DNA of 64,000 bases from Antedon mediterranea (lineage: Eukaryota; Animalia; Echinodermata). The notes below the pieces were generated by a model, which did no database searches, was not told the origin of the DNA, and worked only from the letters and a program-made list of their open reading frames with translations. Made by a program: the position numbers and the translations under genes. This document shows positions 24,391 through 36,787 of the stretch, one piece after another. Within the stretch, counting starts at the first letter, position 1. The number at the start of each line of letters is the position of its first letter. Where the stretch lies: NCBI RefSeq assembly GCF_964355755.1, contig NC_092676.1, positions 315,788 through 379,787 of the forward strand, in the 5' to 3' direction.

Positions 24391-27300
24391 ATGGCGAGTT
24401 ATGAAAGGTAATGTCTTGTAGTTTAGTAAGTTTTGGTTATTACATGTGGTTATAGTTTATAAATCATGTACAATAATGGCTTTTAACAGGTTTTAAAGCT
24501 AGGCATACCCTCGGTCGGTGCTAGTGAGTCGACAAGGAAGGATGAGGACCAGAGGACGGTCGAGGAAGGCTTACATATGACATGGTAGGGAGGCTAGGGT
24601 CTCTAGGGCCTAGGCTTTAAATACGTGGATCTTGGCTTCCTAGATCTGTAGCAGTCTCTCTCTCTAGGCGTAGCCTAGCCCAGCCCTAGGCCTAGGTAGG
24701 CTAGCCTAGAGTATAGTTTACTTTTATCAACATGGAGTAAAGAATTTTTTACTCCATGATCATGCTTTCAATAAAATAAGATTTGTGAATTTACTGACGT
24801 TTTGTTTTTTAGTGAAGAAGATCATCAATTAATACAAGAAGAAATTGACATCTTGAATTCAATTTACATTGATGAACTTAAAATAACCAAAAATAACAGG
24901 TAATTAAATATGCATAAATGCATTTTATTTATTATTCATTCTCATTTCATAGATTGAAATTAATGTAGCATTTATAGTTGAATTATGCAATCATAAAATG
25001 TAAATCCACTGAACTCTAACATTTTGATGGTTTGATTTTCTCTTAATTTCAGTGGAATCACAGAATTTCTTGAAATTGTGATTCATCCTGCAACAGCAGG
25101 CCAAGCAGAGCAACAGTATGTGTGCTTGACACTCATTTTACAGATACCAGACAAAGTAAGTTGCATCTCTATACCAAAAAGTGATAAGAACAGCTTTTAA
25201 GACCACTTTACAATATCCAAATCCTACCCAGATCATCAGAGCATGGTTAACAGCATCTTATAGTAAATTTGTTAACATATATAAACTTCAATTTAAAGTG
25301 TTCTTAACACTGGCTATGTAAACATTATATAAGGCTAAATTAACCCAAAATATTTCAAATTGTTTTACACCTTATAACATCCTAGTCTAATATTGTTATC
25401 TTTTATTATGTTAATAGTATCCACATGTAGAACCAAAAATTACCATCAAGAACCCAAGAGGAATATCTGATGAGTTTGTAAACGGGTATGAATATTTATT
25501 TTACAAATTCAAATAGTAAATAGACTGAAGTGACTATTGTAATTAAACAAAAATACACCGTTTTTTGTTAGTAATACTAACTAGAGGCTCTGGAACCATT
25601 TAAAAACTCCTCATCATTGGACAGATTTAAGTCATTACTTAAAACTTGCTTGTTCTGATCTTTTTTGACTGCACCATGAGCTTTGGAGTGGCGCTATAAA
25701 AAATTAACACTCGCCAATAATTGTAAAATTATATAATATCAACTTTATTTTTAGCTTAAAGAAATCACTGGAAGAGTATGCTACTGAGAATTGTGGGAAT
25801 CAAGTCCTTTTTTCACTCATCCAGGTAAAATATTAGGTTTAGATTTACAAATATGATTTAACAAAAGCTTTATTGATAACTCTAAACATACTTAACTCCC
25901 TTTGGTTTAATAAGTAAATTAAAAGTGTTTAATATGACCAAATCGAGCAACCTTAACTCTCAGTCTAAGTTTCAAAGTGTATTTCAAAATTTAATTTATT
26001 ATAATAATGTTGTTTTATTTCATAGCATGCTAATGATGGTCTAACACACAACAACACACCAAGCTGTGATTGTGCTGTCTGTCTCACTGGTTTCCAGGTA
26101 CAGTATGTGAAAATCAAAAATAAAATTCAATATTGACATTCTTTGGGAAAGCACTTTTGTTTAAATTATGCATATATACTAAGGCGGTGGATAAGTGGGT
26201 TGTTGTGTGAATTGTTACTGTATTTAGGTTCAGTGTTTATTGTATGTGTTGTTGTCAATAAAATGGTTTTAGTTTTTCTATTTGTGGTACTGTAAGCCTA
26301 CATCCTCAATCTGTTATAATGTGTTTCATACAGTATAATGGAAAATAGAGATTTATTGATAATATTTTGTTTAAACAGGAGGAAGATTCTTTCACAAAAA
26401 CAGAATGTTACCATTATTTTCATCTAAGTTGTCTTCAAAGGTATATTGATGTTTGCACCAGTGATTATGAGAAAGAAATTGCTGAGATTCAACAGAGCAT
26501 GCCACAACAGACACCAAAACAACTAGAGATTGTCTGTCCAGTTTGCAGAGAACCAATATCATATCAGAGTGAACAGAACGTTCATGTTGGTTTGATGTCT
26601 GATAAAGATGAATTGTTTGTACCAGATGATAATATGAGGAAGTGGCAGGAGAAGATGAAGGAATTGTACAAGAAACAAGCTGATCAAGGTGGCATCATTG
26701 ACGTGGAAGCAGAAAGCAATAAGTTCCTTTTGGATATTTCAACGGTAAGTGACTAACTATCAAACATTCATTTTTGACTGGCAAACTTTCTGTGTCGTTG
26801 TTTGGACTAGCCATCAAAATTAGTAATTATAAGTAAAGTTATTTAGTTCAAAAATTAATCTGTACATAGTACCTAGTACATCTTTCGAGGCGATTAGGAG
26901 GTTTACCCCGGTGTACTAGTACACACACACACTGATCATCATAACTGGGCCCTCTGGAAAACCAGTCTTTAACTGAAGAAGAACCGAGTATCATTAAAAT
27001 ATTTCAATTCAATCAATATATTTTATAACTCTATAAACATTCAATTTATATTCAGACCGTTTCAGCTCCTTTAGCAAGTCTGAGACTTCATGATGATAAG
27101 AAAACTTCAGCATATAGAGAAAGTGACGAAAGAAATACAAAGGCAACAAAACCAAGAAGAGCAAACAAACATGGCAACACATATAGAGAAAGACAACTAA
27201 CAAATCAAAGAGAAGAAAGAAGGTTCAGAAAAGAAGAAAATGATGAAGATATAAACAGACAAAGGACAAAGGAATTTAAATCTGACATAAAGAAAAATGA

Positions 27301-28810
27301 GGAGAATGTTATAGGTAGTGATATGTTGCCAACTGGACAGCTATCTGATGAAAATGATCAGAAAAGAGCTGGAATTCCCTCTGAAAGTTCAATAAATAAA
27401 AAAACGGAAGCCAGTGATGCTGATAAAGACGATAAAAACAAAAGTGAATGTGATGCAAAACTAGAAAAAGAGGGAAACAAACAAGATAATTCACTACTAA
27501 GTAAGAACTTGCAAGAAACACGTACTAAACAATTCGATAAAAAATATGAGAAAAGTTATAATCACTATAGAACTGATGAAAGAAAAACAAGCCGTTGGCG
27601 TAATAAAGATGAATGTAGTTATTTGAATGGTAAACAAACTCGACAAGCTTACTCAGGTGGCAACTCAACTCGATGTGTTAATCCGAAACTTCAAAGTGTA
27701 TGGGATTCTCCTTCAGCAAATAAAAATACAACAGGTGACAAACAGAATTCAAGTAGTGTTAGAAAAGATCTACATAGTGAAGCTGGTTCTGTAAGTATAT
27801 GCCACAAATCAAATGAAACTAAAAATGAGCATCCCTGTGAGGTCAAAGATTCAACTAAAGAAACAGATGAAAGTTCAACAGCAAACACCAGAAGTCAACA
27901 GTATCATGATCGACCTAGCAGCAGAGATCAACATCATGATCGACCAACCAGCAGAGATCAACATCATGATCGACCAACCAGCAGAGGTCAACATCATGAT
28001 CGACTAAGCAGCAGAGGTCAACATCATGATCGACCAAGCAGCAGAGGTCAACATCATGATCGACCAAGCAGCAGAGGTCAACATCATGATCGACCAAGCA
28101 GCAGAGGTCAACATGATCGACCAAGCAGCAGAGGTCAACATGATCGACCAAGCAGCAGAGGTCAACATCATGTTCGATCAAGCAGCAGAGGTCAACATCA
28201 TGATCGACCAAGCAGCAGAGGTCAACATCATGATCGACCAGGCAGCAGAGGTCAACAATATGATCGACCAAGCACCAGAAATCAACAACATCATATACCA
28301 GGTACCAAAAGTCAACGGCCAAGATCCAGTGGTTCCACAAGAGAAAAGCAACACCATAGTATATCTAGTGAGATTAAGAGCGGTCATCTACTAAATAAAA
28401 CAAGCAGTACTAGTGACAAAGTTGAAAAAAACAATTGTAATGATGATGAATTAAAACATAATGAACAATTGAAGAGTGATAAGCAAAGTAACAAAGACAA
28501 ACAATCTGATCATCAAAATTACAGAAGTAGAAATCATTTTCAAAGACAACAACATTCAGATGGCGAACCAAAGAAATTGATCAAAAGTGATAAAAACGAT
28601 TCTTCGTCAACATCGTTTACTCAAAATAAAAAGAAATGTGATTCAAAAGTAAGCCCAGTAAGTTGTGGGCTAAAGGACATAGCATATAGCATAATAGAAA
28701 AGAAATCAGAAACAGACAATACTTCATCTGATATCTTTTTAGACAAAACTTCTGGACCATCTCCAGGGTTTAAATCGAACGTTCCTGTCTTACCTCCTCC
28801 TGGTTTCTAG
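24391..28810 (+). CDS. RNF25: E3 ubiquitin ligase RNF25 (RWD + RING) with long low-complexity C-terminus
   Basis: Exons 24391-24407, 24813-24899 (EEIDILNSIYIDEL), 25053-25155 (IHPATAGQAEQQYVCLTL), 25418-25485 (YPHVEPKITIKNPRGISDE), 25755-25824, 26026-26097 (CAVCLTGFQ), 26379-26744 (FTKTECYHYFHLSCL...CPVCREPI...QQ/DQGGIID), 27056-28810. Motifs match RNF25; phases consistent. Confidence 0.92.
27891..28290 (+). repeat. Coding 30/27-bp repeat (RGQHHDRPSS x~13) in the last RNF25 exon
   Basis: AGAGGTCAACATCATGATCGACCAAGCAGC units; length variants differ by 3 nt, so frame is kept. Confidence 0.9.
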
Positions 28811-29269
28811 TTACCATATTGTCTCGGGTATAAGCCCATCTGTGAACACAGGCTTATAGGTGGGCTTAATAATGAGAGCTATAGTGGTTTAGCCTTCTAT
28901 TCTAAACTAGTAAATTTAGGAGTTTTCTCAGGGAAACAAATTGTGCACTATATTTAAACTACACTGCTTCAATAATATATATGAAATTTAAAATGTTTGT
29001 GAACATCATGTTAAGGTGAATTTAATTAAATGGAATGTGGAAAGAAGCTTTCAATTGTAATGTTGCAATTCAGTGAGTTTTAAAGAAATGCCGATGGTTG
29101 ATATCAGTATTTGTCCAGTAAGTTAGAGACTCCATTTCAAAATGTGTATCACATGTGATGCTTGTATCATATGCCAATTCCAAAAACAAGTTCCATGCTA
29201 AACATTCTCCGAATATATTGAATTTAAAATATAATTTGAATGTTACAGAATTGTGGCAATTCACTGGAC

Positions 29270-30330
29270 TCCCATGACAACCAGTTTGCCTTCAAATCTG
29301 GTCACTCAACCGAATTGTGTATATTTGCTCTTAACAGATTATCGAGCATTACAACAATCATGGTAGCCCAGTTTATTGCTGTTTCTTGGACGCTAGCAAA
29401 GCCTTTGATAAAGTGAACCACTGGACACTTTTCAAGACCTTAATTGACAGGCGTACCGCTTCACCTATAGTTAAGATACTGAGGTCATGGTATAGGAATC
29501 AGGAATTTGTTGTCAGGTGGGGTAGTTCCGTTTCCGATTCTTTCACTGTAATGGGGTTCGCCAGGGAGGCATTATGTCCCCTCTACTTTACAATGTGTAC
29601 ACTGATCCGTTAACTGTTGAACTGACTAAGTCAAAAGAAGGTTGTGAAATTAACAGTCTTAAACTGAATTGCCTAAGCTTTGCCGATGACTTGGTTTTTT
29701 TGGCTCCGTCAGTAGCTGGCTTACAAAGCCTAATTGGACTCTGTGAAGGTTTTGCTAGTGACCATGATATTACTTTTAATGAAACCAAATCCAAATGCTT
29801 GCTATTTTGCCCGAAAGTCCGCAACCTCAAAGGTGTTCCACATAATTATGACCTTAAATGGGGCACCTCTAAACGTTGATAATTCAATAACCTATCTTGG
29901 CCATGTGATAAGTAATAATCTGAGTGATGAAAGTGAGATCAAACGTCAATATCGATCTATTTGCATTAGGGCCAACTCCCTAAATAGAAAGTTTGGTAAA
30001 TGTTCTACTACGACTAAATGTTATCTATTTAAAAGTTACTGTGTCAGCATGTACTGTTCAACCTTATGGTGTAGATATAATAAGAGCACTCTGAGATCAC
30101 TGAAAGTATGTTATAACAATGCCTTACGTTTGCTGCTAAAGCAGCCTAGACATTGTAGTGCAAGCATGATGTTTGTCTTAAATGACGTCCCATCCTTTGA
30201 TGAATTCATTAGAAAATCTGTTTTTAGTTTTAATAATCGTGTGAACGCAAGTAGTAATTCCTTGATCATGGCCATTAATCGCCACGCGAGGTGCGGGCAA
30301 AAAATTTCTATTGATCATACATTCCAATAA
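29270..30330 (+). mobile_element. 5'-truncated, frameshifted non-LTR retrotransposon (LINE) RT/ORF2 relic
   Basis: RT motifs NQFAFKSGHST, FLDASKAFDKVNH, G.RQGG.MSPLLYNVY, SFADDL, ITYLGH spread over three frames (ORFs 29386, 29574, 29734). Confidence 0.9.
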
Positions 30331-31458
30331 TTATCGATCTATAGTTTTCCCTGTGTTTCATAATCTTTTGAGATTTTATTTGTTTTACACGAGCTTGTTG
30401 AAAATAAGCACTTTCTTATCAGTGGGGGGATAGTTCAAATTACACAGTAAAATCTCTATTCTTTTGTACACAATTTTTGTAAATAGAGAGGCATTTTAAA
30501 AAGCAAAGCAAAAGAAAAATAAACGGTGGGGTAAAAAATGTTATCAGATGACTAAATATAGGTAATATAACTTGAATATTGCATTTCTGATATTTTTATT
30601 CAACTTCAGATTTTTATTTACATGCTATAGCAAAAATTATCCACCGTATATCCACCATATTTTTTCACCGTCTAGGGAGTCACCAGACATGTTATAACAT
30701 TAGGTTAATTACCTAACTACTGAAAAAAAGTCTTCCTGGTTTTTATGGAAGAATTTTGCCAAATTTTGATATGATACAAAATTGGAGAGAGAGAGAGAGA
30801 GAGACCGGGAACCAGTGCCAAAACTGGTGCAGACGCCCTCTATCTGCTGCATGCATAATGTTTCTATAATTTATATTCAGCAGCTCAGAAAAAAAACAAA
30901 ACAATGTTTGACGGCGGCGTCGCGCGGCTAGTTTGATCCTTTTCCAAGTACACAATTTCTGAGAAATAATGGCATAAATCGGCCATGAAGACGTTTTAAT
31001 GACATCAGCTCAGTGAAGACGTTTATGCGCAAATTTGTTAAATTATTCATCAAATTAGTTATTGTATGATCAAGTTTCTCTGCTAGGCCTACTTTTTTTT
31101 ACCTGGTACGTAATTTGTTTATTATTTATAGTGGCAGCAGTATGGCTGCCTATCCGGCAATGGATGAAACATCATAGGCCTAGGCGTATTATATGGGCTA
31201 GGCCTAGCCTTAGTTCTTGTTATTAATATTATATTGAATTTAATTATGTAGATATTATTTACTGACACAAAAAAAGCATTTGATTTGAAAAAATGCATTT
31301 GAATAAATAATAATTATTAATAATTAATATAATATAAATGACTGGGTGGGAGTCGTTCTTTCTGCAGGTCCACCAGCTGCTGGTCTTTCTGTTTGAGTTA
31401 CGTTTTAGTTTAAGTAACAAAAATAGAAAAGAGAACAAGAGAAATTGACACAGGCTGT

Positions 31459-31827
31459 ATCGTATTATTCCATTTAACGATATCGTATTTATTCCATTTA
31501 ACGCTATCGTATTATTCCATTTAACGATATCGTATTATTCCATTTAACGATATCGTATTATTCCATTTAACGATATCGTATTATTCCATTTAACGATATC
31601 GTATTATTCCATTTAACGATATCGTATTATTCCATTTAACGATATCGTATTATTCCATTTAACGATATCGTATTATTCCATTTAACGATATCGTATTATT
31701 CCATTTAACGATATCGTATTATTCCATTTAACGATATCGTATTATTCCATTTAACGATATCGTATTATTCCATTTAACGATATCGTATTATTCCATTTAA
31801 CGATACTGTATTATTCCATTTAACGAT
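31459..31827. repeat. 23-bp minisatellite, ~16 copies
   Basis: Unit TATCGTATTATTCCATTTAACGA. Confidence 0.95.
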
Positions 31828-31860
31828 TTTCTAATTTGACAAGAAGACACATGGAGGACA

Positions 31861-31991
31861 TTATCATCAATTGTCCAATTTGACCAAGTACTTGGAAAAC
31901 TAAGACCTACACACCTTATCATCAATTGTCCAATTTGACCAAGTACTTGGAAAACTAAGAGTAAGACCTACACACCTTATCATCAATTGTC
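31861..31991. repeat. ~55-60-bp tandem duplication, ~2.3 copies
   Basis: TTATCATCAATTGTCCAATTTGACCAAGTACTTGGAAAACTAAGA repeated. Confidence 0.75.
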
Positions 31992-32635
31992 TGTCCAACT
32001 TGACAAATCTGTATTAATTAAAAGATGTGTGTGTGTGTTGCTCAACTCTTGACCAGACACCTGCCACTAGTTTACCAAATCTTTCTCATCCCTGTTTTAT
32101 TAAATCATAATGTATAATTCAACGTTTGATTTTTCTATTTGCTGCCAAATTTATGAATCTCTAAAGGTAAATTGATTAGACCATAATATTAAATGATAAT
32201 ACATTGGCATTCAAATAAATTATTTGTCAGTATGTCCTAACATTCAAGTGCACAGAAAATAAATAAATACATTTTAACTTTTTTTTTAGAATTTCAAATG
32301 ATGATCAATGACTTTAATTAAAGATGTATTGTCCCTTGAAACACAAAAAATTTTTAAAGTTTAAATTGGCCATATCAAAGTAATATTAAAGTTATTCACT
32401 TTAAGTCGAAAATTCAAGCCAAAAACAACAAGTTTATGTAATTAACAGGTAAATTAATTTGATTACATTTCGTCTGGAAAATCGTCACGAGCGAAAGTAA
32501 ACAAAGATTTCAAACCATTAGTATGCATTATGCATGATGCTAATTAGCATGATGCTAATTAGGATTGTTTACAACTCGTCGCGGTTGGGAAGGTGTTTTC
32601 ACACAGATCGCGAAGAAGTTTTATTATTATTATTA

Positions 32636-33315
32636 TTTACCTCCGCCAAGGAGGTATATGTAATCGGTAGCGTGTGTTTGTTTGTTTGTTTGTTTGTTTG
32701 TTAGCAGGATTACTCAAAAAGTAATCACAAGATCTTTACCAAATGAATAGACAGATAGATATGTGGTCAAGGACTATTCCATTAAATTGTGGGACCATTT
32801 GGGACCACAGTCCCAATTCTGGACCACTTTTTAGTATACTTTTTCAGACCTGCTAGTGTTAAAAGATAGGACAGAATTTTTCAAAAGCCGGCGAGCAGTC
32901 TTAAAGTAACAAGTAAACTGAAATTGCATTTTCTCGAGAACTACTTGTCCAAAAAACTTCATTTTTTAACAAGAGGCAAGAGTTATAATTTGTGATTTGT
33001 AATTTTAAAACATAATTTGATTTAATGTGCACGTTTTTTGATGCGAGTAGTTTAAAAAACCTATTTCTTTTCAAATTCACTCGTTTGATTTTCGCGTTGC
33101 TGTTCTATTGTTAGTCAACTGAAGCTATTGTTAATTGAAAGGCTTGTTACATAACCATTACACCAAACTCGCATACACATGCTTGTAATGAAATTAGCCT
33201 AAATCACAAACAGCATTAAGACTAAAAATATATATTTTTTTTTTACCGGAGAAATATTATGTAGGAGAATTTTACAGTAGGCGGAGGTATGCACTCTCGG
33301 AGTGGCTTTCTAGTT
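32636..33315 (+). mobile_element. Non-autonomous Helentron/DINE-1-like rolling-circle element
   Basis: 5' subterminal TACCTCCGCC(AAGGAGGTA), (GTTT)n microsatellite, 3' inverted GGCGGAGGTA, short hairpin CACTCTCGGAGTG and CTAGT end; T-rich flanks. Confidence 0.75.
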
Positions 33316-33319
33316 ACTA

Positions 33320-33736
33320 CTTTGTTTACCCAGGGTAAGCCCAAACAGTTAAAAACTGATTTCCATTGGGGCCCTGCATTGACTTAAAAACCATTTACAT
33401 AAAAGCATTTTGCTGAATATATTTCCTATGAAGTTCTGATTTAAATAACCCTATGGATGTGATGGTTCTTAACTCCTCTTCGACGCTATTCCACAGGGTT
33501 GCACCAACAACACTAAAACTTGTGGAGAAACATTCTTTTCTCGCAAAAGGAATCTTTAACTTCAACAATGTGGACTGCCTCGTTACACCTGACTGGGATA
33601 AGGGTGTAAATATATCAGTCATATATTCGGGAGTCATTTTATTTATGCATTTAAATACAAGGACAGTCCTTTTAAATGAAACTCTGTCCGAAAATGAAAG
33701 CCATGCATACAGAGTAGCCAAACAAGCGCGTTGCAT
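33320..33736 (-). mobile_element. 3' fragment of an L2/CR1-group LINE (ORF2 C-terminus and 3' UTR)
   Basis: Minus-strand WLSFSDRVSFKRTVLVFKC..PEYM...SFSVVGATLWNSVEEELR...FKSEL is the typical post-RT tail of L2/CR1-group ORF2, followed by a CAGGGCCC...CCCTGG stem-loop. Confidence 0.75.
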
Positions 33737-35346
33737 TATGAGATATGTTTTGATCGATTTTGAACAAAAAAACCTCTGTATTTCGGTTAAATTAATTTTT
33801 TTCCGACTAATTTTTGGTGAAAGTTAATAAATCTATTATGATACTTCAAAATGACCCACTTTTTTTCGAAATATAAAAAAACAATTTTTTTTTTCAATTA
33901 GTCAAAGGGACAATACATCTTTAAGTGTTAAACCATCGTTGATTTCAGGATTAAATGGTTAAAAAAAAGTTAATTGGGAACTCCCTTTGTGGTAACCACC
34001 CTGAGTTTATTGCCTTTTACTCCGGAATTTCCCATACTATAAATTGCAACTCAACGTTTTCTTGTTTTTTTGTAAATCATTGTTGTAATCATTGTTGTAG
34101 AATGTAAAAATGTATCGCAATTAAATTTTACTGTAAAAATTAATTTTTTTTTATGAATGAATTGGACTCCTAAAATATGGTTTTGTATTTTAATGAATAT
34201 TAAATGTTCTATTTAAATCTATTTCTGTAACAATCAATTGTTTACGTAGAATTCAATCAATGGATTGTCCTGTTACAAAGGCCTTGTTGTTATAATAGGA
34301 AGTAGAACACAATGTTCCTGGTAATAGTTAGCTGTAAACGAACAAGGGGAAGTCCCTTACACAACCCTATTGATTTAGTGTGCCTATTCTTTGTGTTACT
34401 TAAAGTTTGATACTTAAGTAACACAATACCTAATGAGTTTCGTATTGAAGGTCATATCTTAATTAGCGTTTAACAGAGTTAAGATTATTAAAGATAGTTT
34501 TGATTAAGAAATGTTTTCATTACAAAAATGGAAGAGTTATCAGTGTTTTCTGTATAAACAACAACAATACAATTGCAAAGCTCCTCCCTGTCATTCTCTC
34601 ACCATCGATATCATGGCGTATTGATCGTCAATGTCAATTAAAATTACTAGTTTGTTTCTGCTAAAATGTTACAATGAATTCACAATGGATGGAATTTGTC
34701 ACTGTGTATAATAATTTTAAACTAATATATTTTATACTGTAGATCTGTTTTTCTTACAAGTTACATTTTATCAAAATGTTGTACCATTAACATTATTAAT
34801 GTTAATTTCTTAAAGAAATATGAAATGAATTGTGCCTATGATCACAATGTTACTACTGTAGGTTACAGATTGGGGTGTACTTTTGGAACACACAATACAG
34901 ACACAATAGATAGGACCAGAGACTGACACAGTTTTTGACTTCACAATAAACTGATTATCATTTGTGCAATTCAATAAAACAGCGGATACAAATTGTGTAG
35001 GTTATTTGTACAAGTAGTCTTTTTGTGTAGATTAAGCTTTATTTCCTAGAACTAGATACTGTCTAAATTTTATTATTTTCCGCTTGTTTGATAAAGAGAT
35101 GACTTAATAACCTTGTATCTATTTATATTTTCTTTTGTATTTATTTTGTGCCAGCCCTTTATACAGTAGAATACATTTTGAATAATAAATACTAAGAATG
35201 ATTTGTATTGAGCTGTTTTACCCTTTGGAAAATCATCACTTTGTTGTTGAAACTGCAAAATAAAAATTTATAAAGATAGAATAATAAAAAAATTGTAATA
35301 AAAAAGCATTGAACCATTGTACCCTTTTATCAGATTAGCTCCTTCC

Positions 35347-35828
35347 AATCATGTCCAAAGTGAGATCCCCAAGTCTATCAAAATGAGCAATCATGTCCAA
35401 AGTGAGATCCCCAAGTCTATCAAATGAGCAATCATGTCCAAAGTGAGATCCCCAAGTCTATCAAATGAGCAATCATGTCCAAAGTGAGATCCCCAAGTCT
35501 ATCAAATGAGCAATCATGTCCAAAGTGAGATCCCCAAGTCTATCAAATGAGCAATCATGTCCAAAGTGAGATCTCCAAGTCTATCAAATGAGCAATCATG
35601 TCCAAAGTGAGATCTCCAAGTCTATCAAATGAGCAATCATGTCCAAAGTGAGATCCCCAAGTCTATCAAATCATGGAGGTATAAAAACCTCCATGATCAA
35701 ATGAGCAATCATGTCCAAAGTGAGATCCCCAAGTCTATCAAATGAGCAATCATGTCCAAAGTGAGATCCCCAAGTCTATCAAATGAGCAATCATGTCCAA
35801 AGTGAGATCCCCAAGTCTATCAAATGAG
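35347..35828. repeat. 41-bp minisatellite, ~11 copies, one unit interrupted
   Basis: Unit GAGCAATCATGTCCAAAGTGAGATCCCCAAGTCTATCAAAT; 24-bp insert at 35672-35695. Confidence 0.95.
35672..35695. mobile_element. 24-bp TIR micro-element or excision footprint with 7-bp TSD (P-element-like)
   Basis: ATCAAAT|CATGGAGGTATAAAAACCTCCATG|ATCAAAT; neighbouring repeat units show the empty site. Confidence 0.7.
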
Positions 35829-36336
35829 TTTATGATATTTACAGTAATTCATTCATTCAATCTTTTATTTTGGAATCTCTAGTCCATAGAAAGTAAAATT
35901 ACGTTTAAATTAATTAAAAATAAACAAGACTGTAATACTCATCTTAGGATGGTATTAATGTGCTGTATGATGGCTTTATGTGAAAGACGTGTTTCTCTAT
36001 ATATTCAGGGGAAGTAGTAAAAATAAATGTATGTAACAACTTAAAGGAAGTAATTAAGTAATTGCCATTTTAAGTACCATTCCTTTGTCCAGGTTTCTGC
36101 GGTCCTTTGTCCACATCTTGGTTATTGTTTTACATTTGTAGGTTCCAAGTGTTCATTGTAAGTTTCTCATTATACTTTAAAATATTACGCATGCGTTTCC
36201 TCTTTCATTGGGAAGTTTTATCAATATATTCTACTTTTCTCATAGCAACCACCGGTAGACGCTTTATTAAACATAAAGAATTATATGTAAATGTAGTCGG
36301 CTTACTGATTTAGAACATTATTTGTTTTTATTGCAG

Positions 36337-36372
36337 TGTGAGCACGTACTTAAATTGGCATAGGATATTCTG
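36337..36372 (+). other. Probable 5'-UTR exon of the ETV6-like gene
   Basis: TTTTTATTGCAG acceptor and CTG|GTAAGT donor bound 36 nt; stop codons in the downstream reading frame, so non-coding. Confidence 0.45.
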
Positions 36373-36466
36373 GTAAGTACCATCAATGTTGACTTTATTT
36401 TTGAGAATTGTCTACTGTAATAATTTTAAAAATTATTATATTATTGACATGTTTCATGATGAAACA

Positions 36467-36787
36467 TGATATATTGTCCCCCTATTTTTTGTTGAATATG
36501 CCATTTTAATGTCACCTAATAGTTATTCACTTTGACCAAAACCATAATTGGAAAAAAAATATTTTCATGAAAAAATCCAATTTAAAGCAAAAAAATACCT
36601 AAATATGTGTCAGACAATGGTTTTAAGTTAAAATTAACCATTTCCTTTGTCTTTTATGAGTGAAATCATTATTTCTGTTGATTTTTTTGTTAACAGAAGT
36701 AATACCTTTATTAAAACTGCAAAATGGCCTACTCAAGTCTGATTTTATTAATCTTTATTTTTCAGGTTTTTGTGGGACAATACATCT
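36467..36787. mobile_element. TTAA-associated MITE family B copy
   Basis: GATATATTGTCCC ... GGGACAATACATCT|TTAA; inverse homolog of 15717-16001. Confidence 0.65.

Larger units (their letters stand above)
32322..33920. mobile_element. TTAA-flanked Kolobok-like element containing nested insertions
   Basis: TTAA|AGATGTATTGTCCCTT ... AAGGGACAATACATCT|TTAA; TIR related to family B. Confidence 0.7.

Noticed and set aside
27691-28394. Overlapping ORFs on both strands in the last RNF25 exon
   Set aside because: Shadows of the 30-bp coding repeat.
29270-30330. Active or domesticated reverse transcriptase, or a retron/DGR-like system paired with the repeat arrays
   Set aside because: Frameshifted, 5'-truncated LINE ORF2 with no endonuclease domain; no sequence link to any array.
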